In this document: in pieces, positions 25,778 through 38,412 of the stretch
Numbering within the stretch: position 1 is the first letter of the stretch
How the letters are laid out: each line of letters starts with the position of its first letter
From: Malacoraja senta
Lineage: Eukaryota
Reading direction: 5' to 3'
Length of the DNA stretch: 64,000 nt
Assembly: GCA_038087875.1 (NCBI GenBank)
Contig: CM075987.1
Span: 26,414,001-26,478,000 of the forward strand
Program-made: the position numbers and the translations under genes
Notes under the pieces: generated by a model
Told to the model about the DNA's origin: nothing
Seen by the model: the letters and a program-made list of their open reading frames with translations, nothing else
Database searches by the model: none

Positions 25778-27029
25778 ACCTATTCCCTTTCTCCAGAGAT
25801 GCTGCCTGACCCGCTGAGTTACGCCAGCTTTTTGTGCGCATCTACACTTTTGTTTAAAGGTAGACGCACACATCTTGATATTCAAACCACATTCCCATGC
25901 ATTAAATGTTGATAGGCTGGGTTATGTCAGCGTTTAAACAGGCACTTTGCCCCCATGTGGCCAGCGCCCTTTAGGTGGTGACTCTTTGTATACCTTGTGA
26001 ATTGTACACAAAACAAAGAATTTCACCGTGATGTCACGTGATAATAAAGTGTCAATATAATCAACCAATCAACTTGCCCACATGTCCACTTGCCCACAAT
26101 CAATGGCCAATAAGTCCCATCTACACTAGTCCCACCAGCCTGCGTTTAGCCATATCCCTCTAGACCTGCCCTATCCATGTACCTGTCTAAGTGTTTCTTT
26201 AATGGTGCGATAGACCCTGCCTCAACTACCTATGTCATCCAACTGAAAAGTAAATACCATTTTAAATGAACAGGTCATAAAGTGATACAGCGTGGAAACA
26301 GGCCCTTCGGCCCCACTTGCCCACTCAGGCCAACACGTCCCATCTACCCTGGTCCCACCTTCTTGTGTTTGGCCCATGTCTCTCCAAATCTGTCCTATCC
26401 ATGTACCTGTCCAATTCTTAAACGCAAATAGTCCCTGCCTCAACGACCTCCTCTGGCAGCTTGTCCTGTACACCCACCCACCACCCTTTGTGTGAATTTG
26501 CTTTCAAAAGGCAATTGCTTTCAAAAACTGCTGAAGTGGTTTGAGAAGGAAGGCGAGGGGCAGGCGGGAAATGACTGCTTCATCTGGTGCCTCTGATTGC
26601 CCCCAACATACAGGTCCTTCAGAAACAGTGAAACGCAATCACTGTTTGCAAGTGAAATGTGAGGTTGAGTGCCACTTGTCCAAATTATTGTCCTTCAGTT
26701 TGCAGCAATTTGCTTTTGCACTGGAATCGAGATTGCTGGAGTTTTTTTTATTTGTGTTCGTAACACCAGTTTTGCCGATTAATTGCAGCACAACAAATGC
26801 GCAATTGAGCGGCATCTCGGCTGCAAGCACATGCGTCTCAGATCCCGAGTTGGACAAAATAGACAACAGCAATCTGATGGAAGTTAGACACAAAAAGCTG
26901 GAGATCTGCCTATTACCATCTAAAAAATATTGCAGGAATCAAGGGATTTCTGTCCAAAGAAGACACTGAAAAACTTGTTCATGCATATATTTTTAGTAGG
27001 TTAGATTATTGTAATGGCAACTTTACAGG

Positions 27030-27782
27030 TCTCAATAAAAAAATCAAATTAAACAACTGCAGCTTATCCAAAATGCTGCTGCCAGAGTCTTGACCAACAC
27101 CAAGAAAATGGACCACATTACACCTGTCCTTAAATCTTCGCACTGGCTCCCTGTGTGTAAGAGGATAGATTTTAAAATGTTGTTACTGACCTACAAGGCA
27201 CTGAATGGTCTAGGTCCAAAATACATCTGTGACCTACTTGTTGTATATGAGGCGCCTAGACTCCTCAGGTGTTCAGGGACAGGTTTACTCTGTGTTCCCA
27301 GGGTCAGAACTAAAAAGGCTGAAGCAGTATTGGGTTTTGATGCTCCACACCTGTGGAACAAGCTCCCTGAACACCTGAGGTGGGCACAGACTGTAAGCAC
27401 ATTTAAATCAGGCCTTAAAACACTGTTGGTAGACAAAAGTGCTGGAGAAACTCAGCGGGTGCAGCAGCATCTATGGAGCGAAGGAAATAGGCAACGTTTC
27501 GGGCCGAAACCCTCCACCTTAAAACACTGTTGTTTTCTAGAGCTTTTCCATAACCTGACATGCAGGTAACCTTAACTGTCTAATTTTAACCCATTTATGT
27601 GCTTTTTAAAATTGTTTTATTGCTTCATTGACGGTGTTCTATTATTCATACAGTTGTCGTATTGCTTATTTTGCAATTTTTAATTATTAACTATTTCATT
27701 TTTTTCTTTCCTGTAAAGCACCTTGAATTACTGTTTGCACGAATGGTGCTATACCAATAAATTTGCCTTGCCTTGCCTTGCC
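27030..27782 (+). mobile_element. L2-clade LINE 3' end
   Basis: LQLIQNAAARVLT...HITPVLKSSHWLPV..RIDFK.LLLTYKALNG. Ends aataaa plus (ttgcc)n. Confidence 0.88.
27429..27516 (-). mobile_element. 88-bp Penelope-pLTR fragment with a 16-bp TSD
   Basis: TSD ccttaaaacactgttg at 27413-27428 and 27517-27532. Confidence 0.8.
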
Positions 27783-28454
27783 TAACTCAGCGGGACAGGC
27801 AGCATCTGTGGAGAGAAGGAAGGAATGGGTGACGTTTCGGGTCGAGCACCCTTCTGCAGACCTGAACATCTGCGACGGAACATTAGACATCTGCAGTTCC
27901 TTCCTGCAGCAATCTGATTGATCCATTTGTCCACATTTGAGTGAACAAATTGACTCCCGCCTGTTGCCGCAGAAACCCCTGTCTATAACTCTCACGGTGG
28001 AGTCCCCGACTACCACGGCTCTGCCTGACGTCTGTCTCTTCGCTTTTGCCTCGTAGACCTGTCCCCCGCTTGTAATGGCAGTGTCTTAAAGATAGCGGAG
28101 TCAGGGGATATGGGCAGAAGGCAGGAAATGGGTACTGAATGTGGATGATCAGCCATGATCACATTGAATGGCGGTGCTGGCTCGAAGGGCCGAATGGCCT
28201 ACTCCTGCACCTATTGTCTATTTCTCAGACTATCTTTGATCGGACTTTACTGGCTTTATCTTGCACTAAACGTTATTCCCTTATCATGTAACTGTACACT
28301 GTGGACGGCTCGATTGTAATCATGTATTGTCTTTCCGCTGACTGGTTAGCACGCAACAAAAGCTCTTCACTGTACCTCGGTACACGTGACAATAAACTAA
28401 ACTCTGGTGCAGTGTCCTCTAAATTATAGTGTGTGGCCATCGGTGGATTGATTG

Positions 28455-28758
28455 CTTAGTTTAGTTTCGAGATACAGCACAGAAACAGGCCCTTTGACCC
28501 ACCGAGTCCGCGCCGACCAGCGATCCCCGCACACTAATACTATCCTGCACACACTAGGGACAATTTACAATTTTACCAAACCAATTAGTCGACAAACCTG
28601 TACGTCTTTGGAGTGCGGGAGGAAACCGAAGATCTCGGAGAAAACCCACGCGGGTCACGGGGAGAACGTACAAACTCCGTACAGACAGCGCCCGTGGTCA
28701 GGATCGAACACGAGTCTCTGGTGCTGTGAGGCAGCAACTCTACCGCTGCGCCACCGTG
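28455..28758 (-). mobile_element. HE1/V-SINE-like SINE
   Basis: Matches the SINE consensus (reverse complement). Confidence 0.88.
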
Positions 28759-29426
28759 ACGCTTTGATTGGATCAAGTCCCAACTCAGTCTCTCATTTGA
28801 TTAGTACGGGTGTCAGAGGTAATGGGGAGATGGCAGGAGAATGTGGTTAGGAGGGAGAGATAGATCAGCCATGATTGAATGGCAGAGTAGATGTGATGGG
28901 CTGAATGGCCTAATTCTGCTCCTATCACTTATGACCTTCTGACCTTCTGATCTTATGACATACATACAAGCTTGCATAAAATTCAGTGCAACATTTATTG
29001 GCATCTGAATCACATGGACTTCCAGATAGATGATGTGTGAAATGGAATACTGCAATGCATGGATGGTCAGAACATCGAGTTAAGGGAAACTGTAGTTTAG
29101 TGGAGATTTATCTCTGCATTAAGAATTAAAGAACCAATGTTATTCAACCATCCATCTCAATGCATTTTTGTGGAGATCGCTGCCTATCGGAAATTGTTCC
29201 ATATTCCCCTCATGATAAAGGTTTAAATGCTCATAAACAATGACATTCTTGTATCACCATTATTCAAACCTACTCACCAAATCGCAACCACAACATCCAT
29301 TGGAATATTTGCCTCCCTTGAGATATTTGGCTAATAATATTGTCTATATCTCTATTCATCAATCTTAACTTAGTGATCTTGGGAAGATAATATTAAACCC
29401 GGGAACAGGACATACAAGGGTATTGA

Positions 29427-29722
29427 GGGCGGCACGCTGACGCAACGGTAGAGTTGCTGCCGTACAACACCAGAGACTCGGGTTCGATCCTGACTACGGG
29501 CGCTGTCTGTACGGAGTTTGTACGTTCTCCCCGTCACCTGCGTGGGGTTTCTCTGAGACCTCCGGTTTCCTCCCACAATCCAAAGTCGTACCGTTTGTAG
29601 AATCATTGGCTTGGTATAAACGTAAGTTGCCTCTAGGATAGTGTTATTGTGCGGGGATCGCTGGTCGGCGCGGACTTGTTGGGCCGAAGGGCCTGTTTCC
29701 GTGTTGTATCTCAAAAACTGAA
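29427..29722 (+). mobile_element. HE1/V-SINE-like SINE
   Basis: Matches the SINE consensus. Flanked by a ~320-bp direct duplication. Confidence 0.87.
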
Positions 29723-30036
29723 CTTTAGAAAATTGTAGTTTAGAGGAGATTTATCTCTGCATTAAGAATTAAAGGAACTAATGATATTTGGCCATCCATC
29801 TCAATGTATTTTGTTAAAAACTCTGCAAATCGGAAATTGCCACATATTCCCCTGATGATAAAGGTTTGAAAGGAAATAATCTCGAAAGCAATTACGTTGC
29901 TGTATCACCGTTATTCAAACCTACTCACCAAATCAGAATCATAACATCCATTGGAAGATTTGAATAATGATGTCTATTTGTTCATCAATCCCCACTTAGG
30001 GAGTTTAGGGAGATGATTTTCAACCTGGCGACAGTA

Positions 30037-30327
30037 TTTTAGTTTCGAGATACAGCGCGGAAACTGGCCCTTCGACCCTCCGAGTGCGCACCGATCAGCG
30101 ATTACCCCGCACACTAACGCTATCTTACACACACCAGGGACAATTTACAATGTTTTACCGAAGCCAATTAACCTACAAACCTGCACGTCTTTGGAGTGTG
30201 GGAGGAAACCGGAGCACCCGGAGAAAAGCCACGCAGGTCACGGGGAGAAGTTACAAACTCCGTACAGACAGCACCCGTAGTCGGGATCGAACCCGGGTCT
30301 CTGGCGCTGTGAGACAGCAACTCTACG
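30037..30327 (-). mobile_element. HE1/V-SINE-like SINE
   Basis: Matches the SINE consensus (reverse complement). Confidence 0.87.
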
Positions 30328-30579
30328 CCAAGGACATACATAAACATGGCACCCGAGGACATTCAAAAACAAACACAATGTGCTGGAGTGACTCTGCGGG
30401 TCAGACAGCATCTCGAGGACATGGACAAGTCAATGTAAGATGAAACTGACAGTAATGCAAAGATGTCTTCGCTTTCTATGTCATCGATGACATTGGCAGC
30501 ACACACAACTTGATCGTGTGGAAACACACAAAGTGCTGGAGTAACTCAGCGGATCGGGCAGCACCTCTGGAGAACGCTG

Positions 30580-31237
30580 ATAGGTACAAAGTGCTGGAGT
30601 AACTCAGCGCGACAGGCTACATCTCTGGAGAAAAGGAACAGGTGATATTTCAGATTGAGGCCCTTCTTCAGGCCGACAGCCCGGGGGGGGGGGGGGGGGA
30701 AACGAGACGGATGAAAATGTACAGAACAAATCAAACCCGGCGCCAGATCAAAGATGGCCTAGGAGCCCACAATGGTCCATTGCTGGCTGTGGAGGAAGTG
30801 ATATCGAAAAGATAAGAACACTAAAACTAACAGGACATCTAGGGTGGGGGGGTGGACGGAGCAAGAGGGGACGCAAGGGGTCACTTGAAGTTAGCGAAGT
30901 CAATGCTCATACCACTGGGGTGTAAGCTGCCCAAGCGGAATATGAGTGGCTGTTCCTCCAATTTGCGCCGGGCCGCACTCTGACGATGGAGGAGGCCCAG
31001 GACAGAAAGGTCAGTGTGGGGATGAGAGGGGGAGTTCACGGTAGGTTTAGCCGGACTGAGCGGAGGTGTTCAGCGAAACGATGGCCAAGCCTGCGTTTGG
31101 TCTCGCCGATGTACGGGAGTCTACACCTGGAACAACCGATGCAGTACATGTGGTTGGAGGAGGTGCAATTGAACCTCTGCCACACCTGAAAGGACTGTTG
31201 GGGTCCCTGGACAGAGTCGAGGGAGGAGGTGCAGGGA
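30580..31237 (-). mobile_element. Penelope-like element 3' portion (GIY-YIG remnant plus pLTR)
   Basis: Homologous to 35950-36340: tacatcggcgagaccaaacgcaggcttggccatcgtttcgctgaacacctcc on the minus strand. Confidence 0.8.
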
Positions 31238-32124
31238 AGGCAGCCTTCTGCTAAAAATTGATATTGGATTTTTGAATACTATATATCACTTCCACAATCT
31301 GCATTTTATTTCTGAATGAATTGCAAATGAATGTCAACAGAGAAGATAGTCTTCAATTGGCATGCTGAAGGTTCAATGTTTATCAACAGATATTGTTTTT
31401 CATAAATTCATTAGTTCCATGAGCAGAATTAGGCCATTCGGCCCATCAAGTCTATTCTGCCATTCAATCATGGCTGATCTATCTCAACCCCATTCTCCTG
31501 CCTTCTCCCCATAAACTGACACCCGCACTAATCAATCACATTATTGATCCTTTATTGTCACGTGCCTAGCTACAGTGACATTATTTAGTTTCATACAATT
31601 CATAAAAATCTTAGCAGGATCAACAATGGAGTTACACTGTACTTTAATTGGTACATGTGGCAATAAACTGACCTTGAAACCTCGAGGTACCAGAGTGTAA
31701 GAATACTACAATACACTGAGGCAGTACATAAGAGTTGCCATATCTCTGGTGCCATTGTATGTCCTTCAAGTTCAAAGTTCTCAAAAATGTCTTAACTTGG
31801 CCTTAAGGCTCATCATCCTGAGTGTGTTATATTACTAAGTTTTCAGACCAAGATAGTATATTTTGGCCGAGGCAACTGAATATAGTTGGAGGCTGTGCCA
31901 TTCTGCATTAGATAAGAGAGATAAGAGATAAGATTTAATCATGCATACTCTTTAGACTTTAGACCAGAGATAGTGCATAAACAGGCCCTTTGGCTCGCCG
32001 ATAGACACTAAAAGCTGGAGTAACTCAGCGTGACAGGCAGCATCTCTGGAGAGAAGGAATGGGTGATGTTTCGGGCCGAGACACTTCTGAATCCATGCCG
32101 ACCACCGATCACCCCGTACACTAA

Positions 32125-32307
32125 TGGGCCTGTCCCACTTAGGCAACTGCCAGGGACTAAATTTAATGGAATTCACCTACGACACCTGGTGACAATCAGC
32201 GACAGCAAAGATTGTCGCCACTGTCGCCAAAAAATTTTCAACATGTCGATAATTTTGTGTCAGTCACCTATAGTCGCAAAAAAAATCGCCTAAGTGGGAC
32301 ATGCCCA
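32125..32307. mobile_element. PIF/Harbinger-type MITE inside a SINE
   Basis: TIR tgggcctgtcccacttaggc / gcctaagtgggacatgccca. TAA TSD at 32122-32124 and 32308-32310. Confidence 0.85.
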
Positions 32308-33059
32308 TAACACTTTCTTACACCCATGAGGGACAATTTTCCAATTTTGGTTTACCAAAGCCAATTAACCTACAAACCTGTACGTCTTTGAGGTGTGGGA
32401 GGAAACCGGAGCACCCGGAGAAAACCCACGCGGTCACGGGGAGAACGTACAAACTCCATGCCGACAGCACCCGTAGTCTGGATCGAAAACCTGGGTCTCT
32501 GGCGTTGTGAGGCGGAAACTCTGCCACGAGAATCTTGAGGGGAGTTTTGACTTCAGAGATGAGGAGCTGCGATAAAATTTGAGTTTGTTCATATGCAATC
32601 TCCAACAATAAGAATTAATTTCAATCATTTTTTTTGCCACTTCCCAATTCTATTTATTAATGTTTTTGCCATGCCACATCGTGAGGTTATATGAATAATT
32701 TTGCAATATATTTAGGCTACTTTACACATAAAACAATTTTATTACATGCTAGGGGGAACAAGCAGAGATAACAAGAAATCTTGGCTGTGGCAAAGTTATA
32801 TTGCACTTACATAACTCATGTTATTCTGGGCTAAGCTGTATGAAGAAATGAATCAGCAAGCTCAGAGAGAATTGCTACTGTATTTATGCCCAAAAGCCTT
32901 TTGGAAAAAAAAAACACGATAAAATTTAATAACTTTCTTTTTGTACCTTCCTAAGGATTATTTACTCCACAGTTAGTTGTTAAACTATTCTACTGCACTT
33001 GAGGTCAATCTCCTGTGTTGCTACATTCAAGCTCCAAACTACTTAAATGTCTGTAAACA

Positions 33060-33672
33060 TTTAGACTTTAGAGATACAGCACGGAAACGGGCACTTCAGC
33101 CCACTGAGCCCGCGCCGACCAGCGATCCCCGCACACTAACACTATCCTACACGCACTGGGGACAATTTACAATTCTTACCGAGCCCTATTAACCTCCAAA
33201 CTACGTCTTTGGAGTGTGGGAGGAAACCGGAGCACCCGGAGAAAACCCACGCAGGTCACGGGGAGAACGTACAAACTCCGCACAGACAGCAGCCGTAGTC
33301 AGGATTGAACCGCAGGTTTCTGCTGCTGGAAGGCAGCCACTCCACCGCTGTGCGTTGGATACTAGGAATTAAATTATCATTTCATTTTGTTCCGTTTTAG
33401 AGATACAGCGCAGAAACCGCCCTTTGGCCCACCGAGTACTCGCCGACCAGCGATCCCCGCACGCTAACACTATCCTACACACACTAAGGATCATTTACAA
33501 TTATACCAAGCCAATTAGCCTACACGCCTGTCCTTCTTTGGAGTGTGGGAGGAATCCAGAACTCCTGGAGAAAAACCACGCAGGTCACGGGGAGAACGTA
33601 CGAACTCCGTACAGACAGCACCCGTAGTCGGGATCGGACCTGGGTCCCGGCGCTGTGAGGCAGCAACTCTAC
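33060..33672 (-). mobile_element. Two tandem HE1-like SINEs (about 33060-33352 and 33393-33672)
   Basis: Both match the SINE consensus (reverse complement). Confidence 0.85.
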
Positions 33673-33759
33673 TATGCTATTCCCCCATTCCGCTCAGATG
33701 TTGGCACTCTGCACTCTGGGGTACAATTAAAGTGGGGTACATATCAAATGGGAAATGTT

Positions 33760-33775
33760 GGAGAGCGAGAGAGCA

Positions 33776-33810
<35 letters not shown>

Positions 33811-33964
33811 AGAGAGAGTGAGAAATATATCTATATATGGAGAGAAAGAGACAGAGATGGAGAGAGAAAAGTAGAGAAATATAGAGAGGAAAAGAAAGAG
33901 ATAGGGAGAAAGGAAGGAGAAAAAGAGAGATAGATAGAACATAAGAAAAAGAGAAAGAAGGAAC

Positions 33965-33995
<31 letters not shown>

Positions 33996-34155
33996 CAGAG
34001 AGACAGAGCGAGAGACAGAGAGAGAGACACAGAGAGACAGAGAGACAGAGAGACAGAGAGACACAGAGACAGAGAGAGACACAGAGAGAGAAACAGAGAG
34101 AGAGACAGAGAGAGAGACAGAGAGAGAGACAGAGAGAGAGACAGAGAGAGAGAGA
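33760..34155. repeat. Compound GA/GAGACA microsatellite (purine tract)
   Basis: Directly visible. Confidence 0.95.
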
Positions 34156-35854
34156 TCCATGACTAAGGTTACATAATTATAGGTGGAAATCATCTCAGAA
34201 AAATACTTTCATTCCCATTATACTTTGCAGAGTTCCACTGAAAGCCAAAGCATTTTCAATCAAAGTGCATCCCATGAGATATAGGATACACAGCAGGCAA
34301 ACTGCTCTCACTAGTAGCATTATGTTAATAATGATATGACCTACTTTGACGTGAACTTAGGACCACAGAAGATCAGTGTATCAGGGAGAGCTCCCTTGCT
34401 CTTCCTTCTATGTTGCCAAGCCGAGCGCTGAGAGGCAGATAAGATGTCATCTCTGACAGTTCTTCTCCTTATTCCTTCACCTGCACGGTGGCGCAGCGGT
34501 AGAGTTGCTGCCTCACAGCGCTGGAGACCCAGGTTCGATCCCAACCACGGGTGCTGTCTGTACAGAGTTTGCACGTTCTCCCCGTGACCTGCGTGGGTTT
34601 TCTCCGAGATCTTCGGTTTCCTCCCACACTCCAAAAACGCACAGGTTTGTAGGTTAATTGGCTGATATAATTGGCCAGCTACGGCAAGCTACCGACAACC
34701 GGCGACCCATTAGGACGTCCACCTACGACCACACAGGTGACAACCAAAGCCAACCTACGTCCACCCGCGACAAGCTACGACCCTGTCGGCGACAACTGAA
34801 GACAATTCAGTCGCCGGTACCTGTTGCCGGTCGACGCAGGTTGACGTTGGTTGTCGCCAATGGAATTCATCGAAGTCAGAACTGGCGACAAGCTGCAATA
34901 GATCAACCATGATTGAATGGCGGAGTAGACTTGATGGGCCGAATGGCCCAATTCTGCTCCTAGAACTAACGAACATGAGTTCCAGGTGTCATGGCAATGT
35001 TGCCTCTTTATAAGGGGGTGCTGAATCTTTTACTGTCTGCCATTTCTATATTAAGCCTGAAATGTCTATTGCCAAGTGAAGCTTTCTCAGAGTTACATTT
35101 CTGAGGATGTTGCCTTGAAGAAGACATAGATATTGGCGCACTTATCCTGTCAATGAATCTGGAAGAGTATGAACAGACAGAATTGGTGATATCTGACTAG
35201 TATCTCAACCCGAAACGTCACCTATTCCTTTTCTCCAGAGAGGCTGTCTGACCCACTGAGTTACTCCAATTATGTTTGTGTCTACACCTTCAGTTTAGTT
35301 TAGTCTAATTCAGTTTAGCTTAGAGGTACAGCGTGGAAACAGGCCCTTCTGCCCAACGAGTCCGCACCGATCAGCGGTCCCCAATACACTAGCACTATCC
35401 TACACACACTAGGTACAATTTACACTCCTTACCGAACCAAACCTGTGTGGGAGGAAACCGGAGCACCTGGAGAAAACCCACACAGGTCACAGGGAGAACG
35501 TACAAACTCCGTACAGGCAGCACCCGTGGTCAGGATCGAACCCGGGTCTCTGGCACTGTGAGGCAGCAACTCTACAGCTGCATTCTTCTGCAGCAGAGTT
35601 CCACAGCAGTTTAGCTGTGAACAAACCCTGGATCCTCAGGATCATGTCTCGAATGTAATGGCCCCATCGTTAGCAGGCTTGTCTTACAGCCTCCACGTGA
35701 ATAAATTACTGCTGCCTTTCAGTCTATCGGCACCGCACTACACGTTACGCCAGTGGACTAAGAAGAAGACATATCAGTTACAAATCTCTTCCACAATATG
35801 AATCTGTCCCCTAAGCCAATGATTGAAATAGCACCCAGGAAGACATCGGAACGA

Positions 35855-36552
35855 ACATCTAAAGAGGGCTCCCTCCGTAACTCCCTTGTCAATTCTTCCC
35901 TTCCCTCCCATACCACCCCCTCCCCTGGTACTTTCCCTTGCAACCGCAAGAGATGCAACACTTGTCCCTTCACTTCCCCCCTCCACTCCATTCCAGGACC
36001 CAAGCAGTCGTTCCAGGTGCGACAGAGGTTCACCTGCATCTCCTCCAACCTCATCTATTGCATTCGCTGCTCTAGATGCCAGCTGATCTACATCGGTGAG
36101 ACCAAGCGGAGGCTTGGCGATCGTTTCGCCGAACACCTCCGGTCGGTCCGCAATAACCAACCTGAACTCCCGGTGGCTCAGCACTTCAACTCCCCCTCCC
36201 ATTCCGTATCTGACCTCTCTGTCCTGGGTCTCCTCCATGGCCACAGCGAGCAACACCGTAAATTGGAGGAAATGCACCTCATATTCCGCTTGGGCAGTCT
36301 ACACCCTGGTGGCCTGAACGTTGAATTCTCCCAATTCTGCTAGCCCTGGCTGTCCCCTCCCCTTCATCAGCCATCTGGTTGTCTCCTCCCCTCCCCCAAC
36401 CCTCGGGCTCCTCCTCCTCCTTTTCCTTTTTTCCTTTCTTCTCCCCACCCCCTATCAGTCTGAAGAAGGGTTTCGGCCCGAAACGTTACCTATTTCCTTC
36501 GCTCCATAGATGCTGCTGCACCCGCTGAGTTTCTCCAGCATTTTTGTGTACC
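35855..36552 (+). mobile_element. Penelope-like element (Neptune-type) 3' end: Cys-rich linker, GIY-YIG endonuclease and pLTR
   Basis: Open frame to 36343: PCNRKRCNTCPF...FTCISSNLIYCIRCSRCQLIYIGETKRRLGDRFAEHLRSV...RKLEEMHLIFRLGSLHPGGLN. Hammerhead-like core at 36460-36487. Confidence 0.92.
36460..36487 (+). ncRNA. Minimal hammerhead-like core downstream of the GIY-YIG ORF
   Basis: CUGAAGA-A-GGGU(UUCG)GCCC-GAAA-CGUU. Confidence 0.6.
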
Positions 36553-36644
36553 TTCATCTCTCTCTCTCTTCCTCTCTCTCTCCCTCCCTCCCTCCCTCCC
36601 TCCCTCTATTCCATCCTCCCTCCCTCCCTCCCTTTCTCTCTCCC

Positions 36645-36678
<34 letters not shown>

Positions 36679-36875
36679 ACACTCTCGGAAAAATCTCGGA
36701 GAAAACCCACGCAGGTCACGAGGGGAACGTACAAACTCCGCACAGACAGCACCCATAGTCGGGATGGAACCCGGGTCTCTGGCGCTGCGTTGCCGTGAGG
36801 CAGTGACTCTACCGCTGCGCCACCGTGCGGCCGCCGAGATCGTTTTTGTATTTGAAAAGACCAGGTGCGACATAC

Positions 36876-37045
36876 CTTGATCGCTCCAGTTGAGATTTGT
36901 ATTTCGTGAAGTCTGCGCATTGTCCCGTCACGATCGATGAAGTAGGAGGAGGCGAGCTGGTGAAGGGCCTCGACACTCTGACTGCCATTTGTTGACTTTC
37001 TATCCAACTTGCTTTTGTCCATGTACATGGTAAGTGCTTCTTCTC
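36876..37045 (-). CDS. BRINP1: BRINP1 (DBC1/FAM5A) internal coding exon, MACPF region; probably orthologous to human exon 4
   Basis: Translates to (G)[56 protein letters not shown], near-identical to vertebrate BRINP1 as I recall it. Acceptor ttcttccctctgcag|GA and donor AAG|gtatgt. 170 nt, ends in phase 0. Exon number is from memory. Confidence 0.96.
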
Positions 37046-37143
37046 CTGCAGAGGGAAGAAGAATCAAACATTTAGCAAAGGTGACCAGTGAAAGAAGAAG
37101 AGAGAGTTGGAACAAAGAACTGTAGATGCTGGTTGCTCCAGGA

Positions 37144-37400
37144 CACAGAGTGCTGGAGTAACTCAGCGGGTCAGGCAGCATCTCTGGAGAACATGGATAG
37201 GAGACGTTTCACAAAGTGCTGGAGTAACTCAGCGGGTCAGGCAGCATCTCTGGAGAACATGGATAGGAGACGTTTCACAAAGTGCTGGAGTAATTCAGCG
37301 AGTCAGGCAGCATCTCTGGAGAGAAGGAATGGGTGATGTTTCGGGTCGAGACCCTTCTTCAGACTGAGAGTCAGGGGAGAGGGAGACACAGAGATATGGA
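37144..37400 (-). repeat. Three 66-bp pLTR-derived tandem units attached to a Penelope pLTR
   Basis: Units start at 37144, 37210 and 37276. Same unit type as 5501-5985, opposite strand. Confidence 0.85.
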
Positions 37401-37768
37401 AAGGTAAGTTGTGAAACCAGAGGTGCTGCCTGACACGTTGAGTTACTCCAACGTTTGTGTTTGTAGAGAAAATGTTTCCGCTGTCAAAGGGAACATAAAT
37501 TTGGACAGGCCCTGCTTCTGCACATGAACGCTCTTTAACTCCACGTGATGGCACCATTGTTCAGCAAATACATCCAATTATCGCAACAATTGCTTGTTTT
37601 TGCAACCCTGAAAATAATTCTGCCGTCGGTGTTAATTGCGGAGCTGGTTGTGGCAATGATGTACTCTCACTCCAACCATCGACACACTTGTGGAATTTAT
37701 GTCAGTCGGCAGAGGTAATGGTCAAGGTAGCCCACGACTATTATAGGTACCGGACACGCTGAGATGCA

Positions 37769-38011
37769 TGGTAGACAAAAGTGCTGGAGAAACTCAGCGG
37801 GTGCAGCAGCATCTATGGAGCGAAGGAAATAGGCAACCTTTCGGGCCGAAACCCTTCTGGAAATAGGCAACGTTTCGGGCCGAAACCCTTCCGGGTTTCG
37901 GACCCGAAACGTTGCCTATTTCCTTCGCTCCATAGATGCTGCCGCACCCGCTGAGTTTCTCCAGCACTTTTGTCTACCTTCGATTTTCCAGCATCTGCAG
38001 TTCCTTCTTAA
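37769..38011. mobile_element. Palindromic Penelope-pLTR mini-element with a 15-bp TSD
   Basis: TSD acacgctgagatgca at 37754-37768 and 38012-38026. Inverted arms. Confidence 0.85.
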
Positions 38012-38117
38012 ACACGCTGAGATGCAGGTCTGGAAGCAGGCGTGAGCCAGGTAACCTGGCCATCATTTGGCTCCCTCTCAGGTAATTATGAAACACAGCA
38101 ACATGTAACACATATAG

Positions 38118-38412
38118 AGGCAGCATGGTGGCACAGCGGTAGAGTTGCTGCCTCACAGCACCAGAGACCCGGGTTCGATCCTGGCTACGGGTGCTGTCTG
38201 TACCTTCCCCCCGTGACCTGCGTGGGTTTTCTCTGAGATCTTCGGTTTCCGCCCACACTCCAAAGACGTGCAGGTCTGTAGGTTAATTGGGATAAATGTA
38301 AAATTATCCCTAGTGTGTGTGTGTGTGTGTGCGATAGTGTTAGTGTACGGGGATCGCTGGTCGGCGCGGACTCGGTGGGCCGAAGGGCCTGTTTCAGCGC
38401 TGTGTCTCTCAA
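38118..38412 (+). mobile_element. HE1/V-SINE-like SINE
   Basis: Matches the SINE consensus. Confidence 0.85.

Noticed and set aside
33655..34193. ER-rich and SL-rich ORFs
   Set aside because: Translations of a GA microsatellite.
36606..37181. 191-aa ORF as a complete gene
   Set aside because: Only 36876-37045 is exon. The remainder is read-through into intron, pLTR, SINE and microsatellite.
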